Part shown: positions 7,293 to 12,558 of the stretch, one piece after another
Layout of the letters: every line of letters starts with the position of its first letter
Position numbering within the stretch: position 1 is the stretch's first letter
Assembly (NCBI GenBank): GCA_037445115.1
Contig: JBBILC010000141.1
Coordinates: 1 to 12,558, forward strand
Source of the DNA: Coleofasciculaceae cyanobacterium bin_20
Lineage (GTDB): Bacteria; Cyanobacteriota; Cyanobacteriia; B231
Direction: 5' to 3'
DNA length: 12,558 nucleotides
Program-made: the position numbers and the translations under genes
Notes under the pieces: model-generated
Told to the model about the DNA's origin: nothing
Databases searched by the model: none
The model's input: the letters and a program-made list of their open reading frames with translations, nothing else

Positions 7293-7419
7293 TATCGAGA
7301 TAGCTGGTCTGCGGTCCAGATTTTGGGGCAACCTAATTTTTTAGAAATGGACGGGTTTATCGAGATGGCTGGTCTGTGGTCCAGATTTTGCTGCAACCCG
7401 CCCCTACAACAATTTTGGG
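7293..7419. repeat. Right copy of the ~100-bp dispersed repeat (7323-7419), preceded by an internal tandem partial duplication: 7293-7332 atcgagatagctggtctgcggtccagattttggggcaacc is nearly identical to 7359-7398 atcgagatggctggtctgtggtccagattttgctgcaacc.
   Basis: Manual alignment with 65-181 and internal self-alignment. It sits exactly at the boundary between the AT-rich island and HIP1-rich DNA, and abuts the 3' end of the 7440-7922 gene. Confidence 0.75.
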
Positions 7420-7439
7420 TATTCCTGTCGTCGGATGCT

Positions 7440-7922
7440 TTAGAGTTTATAACCAATTTGGCGGAGGAGCGATCGCCGGGATTCAATATCAGCGGGAGCC
7501 TCAACACCCTGCGGTGAGGCTCCATCAATCACACCTAAAATGCCGCGTCCTTGGTTGGTCTCAGCAATAATTACCTGGACGGGATTGGCCGTTGCGCAGT
7601 AGATAGAGCAAACCTCTGGGCACTGTTTAATGCCATTGAGAAAGTTGATGGGATAGGCATCCTTGAGCAGAATAATAAAGCTGTGACCGGCCCCGATCGC
7701 TTGGGCATTGGCGATCGCGGCTGCCTGCAACCCCTCATCATTCCCCACCGCGCGAATTAAACAGGGACCCGATGCCTCGCAAAAGGCTAAACCAAACTTA
7801 ACCTGGGAAGAAGTCCCTACCAAAACTTCATAAAGATCTTCAACAGTTTTAATAAAATGGCTTTGGCCCAGGATGAGATTACTTCCCTCTGGCACGGTGA
7901 GGTCAACGGTGTGAAGTTCCAT
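7440..7922 (-). CDS. 160-aa conserved protein, probably of the adenosine-specific kinase family (PF04008/DUF355-like; typical of cyanobacteria and archaea).
   Basis: Clean 160-aa ORF with native-like composition, including HIP1 sites. The length and motifs (GQSHFIKTVEDL, IGAGHSF, CATANPVQVI, GRGILGV) fit my recollection of that family, which I could not verify. Confidence 0.55.
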   Translation of the reverse strand: MELHTVDLTVPEGSNLILGQSHFIKTVEDLYEVLVGTSSQVKFGLAFCEASGPCLIRAVGNDEGLQAAAIANAQAIGAGHSFIILLKDAYPINFLNGIKQCPEVCSIYCATANPVQVIIAETNQGRGILGVIDGASPQGVEAPADIESRRSLLRQIGYKL

Positions 7923-8033
7923 TGCGAGGTCCTTAATATTATTGGATATTTTATATCAGCATTGTATCCCGGCTTGCTGCTGGACTTTCACCCCCATCTG
8001 CTGGACATAAAAACTGCTTCCTTTGACGCCTCC

Positions 8034-8093
8034 TTGGCCCAGATTTGATCCAGCTTTAATCCAGTTTTGGCCCAGATTTTGGTCCAGATTACA
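8034..8093. repeat. Five short tandem units of ~11 bp (ttggcccagatttga / tccagctttaa / tccagttttgg / cccagattttgg / tccagattaca) in the divergent intergenic region between the 7440-7922 (-) and 8174-10435 (+) genes. They share the core GGTCCAGATTTTGG with the large dispersed repeat.
   Basis: Read directly. The unit consensus is YCCAGNTTTNR. Confidence 0.6.
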
Positions 8094-8173
8094 GTGATCT
8101 TAAATCTGAATAAAGGGCTAGTCCAGCAATGCTAGAGTGGGGGCACATCCTATAACTTGTAAGGCAACGCCTT

Positions 8174-10435
8174 ATGAAACTGATCCAGAGTCCTTTCCGG
8201 TTGACTTCGCTACGGCAATCGCGGAAGGCTGCTCGTGGTTTAGCATCTGTAGCGGTGTCCATGCTGGCAACCGGGGCGATCGCGGCAACGGCTTCTCTGC
8301 CCTCAGCGTTGGCAACCCCAGACCCTACCCCAACCTTGATCCCAACCCAACCCCAAACGCCACTGCGATCGGGTCAGCCAACCCCATCTACCCAACCGAT
8401 CCAACTGGCGCAACCGGCCCCCAGCCCGGTTATTTACCAGATGGGGGTTGGGGATTTTCTCGGTCCACTCTTTGTCACGGGCATCATCATTGTCGGGGGA
8501 GCTATTTTCTTCTCTTCGATTACCGGCCTGGTGATTATTAGTGAACAGGAAGTCGGGATTATCATCAAAAAGTGGGGGGGGCGCCTTACCCCCGGACATT
8601 TGGTTGCCCTACACGGTGAAGCCGGTATCCAGGCCGATACCCTCGTCCCTGGCTGGCATTGGGGCTATTTCCCCTGGCAATATACGGTGCAAAAGCAGCC
8701 CGTGATTGTGGTACCCCAAGGAGAGATCGCGTTAATTGTGGCGAATGATGGGGTGGCGATTCCACCGGAGCGGATTCTGGGGAAAGTCGTCCCCTGTGAC
8801 AACTTTCAAGATGCCCGCAAGTTTCTCTCCAATGGCGGTGAAAAGGGGCGGCAATTGGACTTTCTCACCGCAGGCACCTACCGCATTAACACAGCCCTTT
8901 TCCAGGTAATCACCTCTGGAAACACGGGAAAGCATGGGGTGAGTGCCGATAAACTGCGGGTCTATTCAGTTCAGTCCGATAAGGTGGGCATTGTCACCAC
9001 CCTCGATGGCCAGCCGATCGAGGCCGGGGAAATTGCCGGTCCAACCGTGCCGGGACATAACAATTTCCAGAATGGCGAAAAGTTTATCCGGGCCAATGGT
9101 CGCCGAGGGTTACAGGAGCAAATCCTGCTGTCCGGTTCCTGGAACTTGAATCCCTGGTTTGCGCAGGTGGAGCAGGTCCCGATGACGGAAATTCCGATCG
9201 GCTATGTGGGCGTTGTGATCTCCTTTGTGGGGAAAGCCCATGAAGATGTCAGTGGTGCGTCCTTTACCCACGGCGATTTGGTCGAGCCAGGGCATAAGGG
9301 CGTTTGGACGGAACCGCTCTATCCCGGTAAGCATCCGATTAACATCCGGGTGATGAAGGTGGAATTGGTGCCCACGACCAATATTGTGCTGAACTGGTCT
9401 GCCCGTACCGAGCGCCATAATTACGATCAAAAACTGGAATCCTTGCAGGTGCGATCGCGGGATGGGTTTGCCTTTGATCTGGAAATTGCCCAGATTATCC
9501 ATGTTGGGGCGTTAGATGCACCTAAGGTGATTTCCCGTGTGGGGTCAATGCAAAATCTGGTGGATCATGTATTAGAACCCACGATCGGTAACTATTTCCG
9601 CAACTCGGCCCAGGATTATACGGTGCTCGACTTTTTGAGTGCTCGGAGTGAGCGGCAAGCGGAAGCGGCTGAATATATTAAAGCCGCCCTGCGTAGCTAC
9701 GATGTGCAAGCGATCGACACGCTGATTGGTGAGATTCAACCTCCCGCCGAACTCATGAAAACCCAGACCGAGCGGAAGATTGCCGAAGAACAGCGCAAGA
9801 CGTTTGAAATGCAACAACAGGCCCAAACCCAGCGACAACAGTTGGTGCGGGAAACGGCCCTCGCCGACATCCAACAGGAGATGGTGAAGTCGGAACAGAG
9901 TGTCAAAATCGCGGCATTGCAAGCCCAAGCCCAGATCAAACAATCGGAAGGACAAGCCGAATCGATCAAATTGCGGGCTGTGGCCGATGCTGAATCCATT
10001 CGGGCTACGGGTCGGGCAAGGGCGGAAAGCTATCATGCTGGGGTACAGGCCCTCGGTGAAAAGGGCTATACCGCAATGCAACTGATGCAGATTATTGGCG
10101 ATCATCAGGTGCGGCTGATTCCCGATGTGTTGGTGGGCAGTAGTAGCAGTGGCAGTCTGGTGGATGGCCTACTCTCGATGATTCTTTGGAACCAGGCGGG
10201 GAAAACACCGGGTAATGGGGGGACACCGCTACCCTCACCGCTACCGTCGCCATCCGACAAGCAACCCTTCAATGGCGTCGCATCGCCGCCGCCCCCTCCT
10301 GCTGCGCCACAGTCGGCCTCACTACCGGCCCCACGACCTGTACCGCCACCGGCCCCACTGCCTGCGCCCCCGCCTGTGCCCCCGCGATCGGTCACTACGG
10401 GTACTGCGTCCCCCGATGACCCCTTTACGTCCTGA
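8174..10435 (+). CDS. SPFH/band-7 flotillin-like membrane protein, 753 aa. The N-terminal signal-like segment is followed by a Pro/Thr-rich linker and a hydrophobic hairpin/TM (FLGPLFVTGIIIVGGAIFFSSITGLVII). Next come the SPFH domain, a Gln/Ala/Glu-rich coiled-coil EA-repeat region, and a C-terminal proline-rich tail.
   Basis: EQEVGIIIKKWGG...LVPGWHW...QPVIVVP resembles the flotillin N-terminal SPFH entry motif. The long AEEQRK...QAQAQIKQSEGQAESIKLRAVADAESIRA coiled-coil is typical of bacterial FloT-like proteins. RBS-like aagg before the ATG. HIP1 sites lie within. Confidence 0.75.
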   Translation: MKLIQSPFRLTSLRQSRKAARGLASVAVSMLATGAIAATASLPSALATPDPTPTLIPTQPQTPLRSGQPTPSTQPIQLAQPAPSPVIYQMGVGDFLGPLFVTGIIIVGGAIFFSSITGLVIISEQEVGIIIKKWGGRLTPGHLVALHGEAGIQADTLVPGWHWGYFPWQYTVQKQPVIVVPQGEIALIVANDGVAIPPERILGKVVPCDNFQDARKFLSNGGEKGRQLDFLTAGTYRINTALFQVITSGNTGKHGVSADKLRVYSVQSDKVGIVTTLDGQPIEAGEIAGPTVPGHNNFQNGEKFIRANGRRGLQEQILLSGSWNLNPWFAQVEQVPMTEIPIGYVGVVISFVGKAHEDVSGASFTHGDLVEPGHKGVWTEPLYPGKHPINIRVMKVELVPTTNIVLNWSARTERHNYDQKLESLQVRSRDGFAFDLEIAQIIHVGALDAPKVISRVGSMQNLVDHVLEPTIGNYFRNSAQDYTVLDFLSARSERQAEAAEYIKAALRSYDVQAIDTLIGEIQPPAELMKTQTERKIAEEQRKTFEMQQQAQTQRQQLVRETALADIQQEMVKSEQSVKIAALQAQAQIKQSEGQAESIKLRAVADAESIRATGRARAESYHAGVQALGEKGYTAMQLMQIIGDHQVRLIPDVLVGSSSSGSLVDGLLSMILWNQAGKTPGNGGTPLPSPLPSPSDKQPFNGVASPPPPPAAPQSASLPAPRPVPPPAPLPAPPPVPPRSVTTGTASPDDPFTS

Positions 10436-10475
10436 TGGCGAGGAGATGACCCTTTTACGTCCTGATGGCGAGGAG
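10416..10475. repeat. Perfect-but-one 30-bp tandem duplication (atgacccctttacgtcctgatggcgaggag / atgacccttttacgtcctgatggcgaggag) straddling the stop codon (TGA 10433-10435) of the flotillin-like gene.
   Basis: Read directly; a single mismatch between units. Confidence 0.85.
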
Positions 10476-10511
10476 GCGTCGATTTAGATAGGTGAGATAT
10501 GCTACACCGTT

Positions 10512-10552
10512 AGGAGTCGGAATGCTTGTCCCATTTTGACTCCTCTTTTTTT
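10512..10552 (+). terminator. Candidate rho-independent terminator: stem aggagtc (10512-10518) pairs with gactcct (10538-10544), followed by c + T7 (10545-10552). Downstream of the flotillin-like gene.
   Basis: Inverted repeat plus a 7-T run. The loop is long (19 nt) and could have additional internal pairing. Confidence 0.45.
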
Positions 10553-10603
10553 GTAAGGCTAGGCTTAGCGCGAAAAGTGGGATGATCAAATCCTATGTGA
10601 ACC

Positions 10604-10640
10604 TTGACGATCGCAGGTCTTGCGAATAGTTTGCGAATAT
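10604..10640 (+). promoter_or_regulatory. Candidate sigma70-type promoter for the kinase gene. The -35 is TTGACG (10604-10609), the spacer is 17 bp, and the -10 is TAGTTT (10627-10632). A direct repeat ttgcgaata x2 (10620-10628, 10631-10639) lies over it and could be an operator.
   Basis: Motif spacing only. The leader to the ATG at 10648 would be very short. Confidence 0.3.
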
Positions 10641-10647
10641 CCTATCG

Positions 10648-12519
10648 ATGTCCTATTGCTTTAATCCTGACTGTCCGCAGCCCCAGAATCCCGATGGAAT
10701 TACCCACTGTCAGCAGTGTGGCTGGGCATTGCAATTGCAGGATCGCTATCAAGCGATTAGGTTACTGGGTCAGGGCGGATTTGGGCGCACCTTGCTGGCG
10801 ATCGCGGCTCCAAATGCCACCGATCGCGAACCGTCCGCCTGTGTGATTAAGCAGTTTTTACCCCAGCCCCTCCGTGCGAATCACCAAGACAGGGCACGCA
10901 CCCTGTTTCACCAGGAAGCCCAACGCTTGGCAGAATTAGGCCAGCATCCCCAAATTCCTGATTTTTTCGATTTTTTCCAGGCGGGTGAACAGCTTTATTT
11001 AGTTCAAGAATATATTGCGGGGGTTACCTTAGCGGAGCAACTCGCGACCCAAGGGGTGTTCACAGAAGCCCAAATTTGGCAAGTATTGACTGACCTGTTA
11101 CCCGTCCTCAAGTTTATCCACGATCGCCAGGTGATCCATCGCGATATTAAACCCGAAAATATCATTCGCCCGGTTGCAAACGAGTTAGCCAACGAGTTAG
11201 GCAATAACGCCCCCCTGGTCCTGGTTGATTTTGGCTCTGCCAAGGTGGTTACCCCGATCGCCCAGTTACAAACGGGAACCACGATCGGCAGTGCTGAATA
11301 CGTTGCCCCCGAACAGGCGCGGGGAAAGGCGGTCTTTGCCAGTGATCTCTACAGTTTGGGGGTGACCTGTATTCACCTGCTCACGGGATTGTCTCCCTTT
11401 GATTTGGTAGATAGTGGGCATAATACGTGGGTTTGGCAACAATTTTTGACCACGCCCGTTAGCCCAGAACTGGGTCAAATGCTCGATCGCCTTATTCACC
11501 CAGCCCTAGACCAGCGATTCCCATCCGCAGATGCTGTGATGCAGGCCATGTCGGGATTTGCTCTGATCAATCCCAAGGACGCTCGTAGCCAGAAGTCCCG
11601 CGATCGTGCCTTATCTCAGGCATTGCCGATCAACCTTTCCTGCCCTTGTGAATCTATCCTCCGTGGACATACGGCAGCAGTCAATACCGTAGCAGTCAAT
11701 ACCGTTGCGATGGGTTCTGAGGAGCCATTAATCGTGAGTGGGGGGCAGGATAAAGTGATGCGATTTTGGAACCTAAAAACAGGACAGCCCCTCCAATATT
11801 TCTCTTTGGAGACCCCCATTTTGTCGGTAGCCTTTAGTGCAGATGGGAAACGTTTGGCCGCAGCCGGTCAAGATAACAGGGTGCGCGTATGGTTAGTAGA
11901 AACGCTCCAAGCGTCTTTAACATTAGCTGAACATACCCAATTAGCAGGACATACCCAGGCCGTAAAAGCGATCGCCTTTCATCCGCAATATCCCATTTTA
12001 GCCAGTGGTAGCCGTGATAAAACGATTCGGATTTGGCAGGTTCAGACGAGGGAACTGGTCGCAACCCTGACCCAGCATCGGTTAGCCGTCAATACCCTCG
12101 CCTTTAGCCCGGATGGGGCTTGGTTGGCCAGTGGGGGCAGCGATCACCGGGTTTGTCTGTGGCGCGTTCATGGCGAGGCGGGTAAACCCAGGCTCACCCA
12201 CCACAAAACGTTGACCGATCATGTCGATAGCGTGTTGGCCGTTGCTTTTAGCCCCGATAGCCAAACGTTGGCAACGGGGGGAGACGATCGCACGATTAAA
12301 CTCTGGGATGTGGCGCAGGGTCACCTTCAGCAAACCCTATCGGCCCACTCCTGGTCGGTTTCTGCCCTCAGTTTTAGTCCCATTACAAGCTGTTCATCTG
12401 CCTCTACAGAAAAGCCTTTTTTAATCAGTGGCGGGTGGGATGGGTTACTGAAATTGTGGCCGATCGCGCATACGGAGATACAACCGGCGGCTTTGAGCCT
12501 ATCGGGCCAGAAGTGTTGA
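10648..12519 (+). CDS. Ser/Thr protein kinase, 623 aa, with three parts. An N-terminal zinc-ribbon has the pattern CFNPDC...HCQQCG. The Hanks-type kinase domain carries GQGGFG, VIKQF, HRDIKPENII, DFGSAK and YVAPE. The C-terminal WD40 beta-propeller has repeats ending RFWN, RVWL, IRIWQ, VCLWR, IKLWD and LKLWP.
   Basis: All canonical kinase subdomain motifs are present in order. Multiple WD repeats with GH...WD-like spacing. This architecture is common among cyanobacterial Ser/Thr kinases. Confidence 0.9.
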   Translation: MSYCFNPDCPQPQNPDGITHCQQCGWALQLQDRYQAIRLLGQGGFGRTLLAIAAPNATDREPSACVIKQFLPQPLRANHQDRARTLFHQEAQRLAELGQHPQIPDFFDFFQAGEQLYLVQEYIAGVTLAEQLATQGVFTEAQIWQVLTDLLPVLKFIHDRQVIHRDIKPENIIRPVANELANELGNNAPLVLVDFGSAKVVTPIAQLQTGTTIGSAEYVAPEQARGKAVFASDLYSLGVTCIHLLTGLSPFDLVDSGHNTWVWQQFLTTPVSPELGQMLDRLIHPALDQRFPSADAVMQAMSGFALINPKDARSQKSRDRALSQALPINLSCPCESILRGHTAAVNTVAVNTVAMGSEEPLIVSGGQDKVMRFWNLKTGQPLQYFSLETPILSVAFSADGKRLAAAGQDNRVRVWLVETLQASLTLAEHTQLAGHTQAVKAIAFHPQYPILASGSRDKTIRIWQVQTRELVATLTQHRLAVNTLAFSPDGAWLASGGSDHRVCLWRVHGEAGKPRLTHHKTLTDHVDSVLAVAFSPDSQTLATGGDDRTIKLWDVAQGHLQQTLSAHSWSVSALSFSPITSCSSASTEKPFLISGGWDGLLKLWPIAHTEIQPAALSLSGQKC

Positions 12520-12558
12520 ATCTTAAGATTTTATTTTCTAAAAATAGACACACTAATC

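Noticed and set aside
6912-7517. The 201-aa ORF-track gene as an intact protein.
   Set aside because: Its 5' 87 nt run through the phased repeat array. Its 3' 225 nt are the dispersed repeat element translated in frame (CYRDSWSAVQILGQPNFLEMDGF...). Only 6999-7290 carries recombinase homology, so I treat it as a truncated pseudogene.
8137-8541. 134-aa + ORF, plus many other 60-180 aa ORFs overlapping the flotillin-like and kinase genes: 8303-8599(-), 9110-9502(-), 9572-10105(-), 9736-9999(-), 10105-10395(-), 10215-10487(+), 11004-11282(-) and others.
   Set aside because: They lie entirely within, or antisense to, long well-supported genes. They have biased low-complexity composition (Gly/Arg/Pro-rich) typical of alternative frames of GC-rich coding DNA, and no recognisable motifs.
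48-10584. 12-mer exact match aaaagtgggatg between 48-59 and 10573-10584, with weak flanking similarity.
   Set aside because: An exact 12-mer pair is expected by chance a few times in a 12.5-kb window. The flanking identity is too weak to call a third repeat copy.
1-12558. CRISPR arrays, tRNA/rRNA genes, and transposase or IS elements.
   Set aside because: There are no regularly spaced identical repeats of 25-40 bp with unique spacers. There are no cloverleaf-compatible tRNA signatures such as a GTTCGAAT T-loop, and no transposase-like ORFs. The only recombinase is the truncated IntI-like fragment.

Overview
The window looks like cyanobacterial chromosome. The right half carries the GCGATCGC (HIP1) octamer repeatedly. 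It encodes a Ser/Thr kinase with a WD40 C-terminus, a flotillin-like protein, and a UPF0175/DUF3368 toxin-antitoxin pair. The window splits into two compositionally different parts.

(1) Positions ~190-7290 form an AT-richer, HIP1-poor block. It is flanked by ~100-bp direct repeats at 65-181 and 7293-7419, each about 80% identical to the other.
- A UPF0175 antitoxin / DUF3368 PIN-like toxin pair at 521-1260, with GTGA stop/start overlap.
- A giant minus-strand gene at 1510-6639 encoding a 1709-aa protein. Its N-terminus has an Mrr-like PD-(D/E)xK nuclease signature. A Walker A/Walker B/sensor-1 NTPase module of the STAND type follows, then about 1150 aa of unassigned, probably helical sequence. 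This is the architecture of Avs/AVAST-type antiphage NLR-like proteins, and it is the most likely novel system in the window.
- The 5' ~95 codons of an integron-integrase (IntI)-like tyrosine recombinase at 6999-7290. The gene is truncated exactly where the flanking repeat starts.
- A phased array of GGGTGTTATCCGTCAC direct and inverted repeats at 6851-6993, immediately upstream of the recombinase fragment in the position an attI site would occupy.

(2) Positions 7293-12558 are HIP1-rich core-like DNA.
- A 160-aa minus-strand gene that looks like the adenosine-specific kinase family.
- A divergent intergenic region with short CCAGATTTT-type tandem repeats.
- A 753-aa SPFH/flotillin-like membrane protein with a proline-rich tail and a 30-bp tandem duplication across its stop codon.
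- A 623-aa protein with a zinc-ribbon, a Ser/Thr kinase domain and WD40 repeats.

I found no rRNA, tRNA or CRISPR array.
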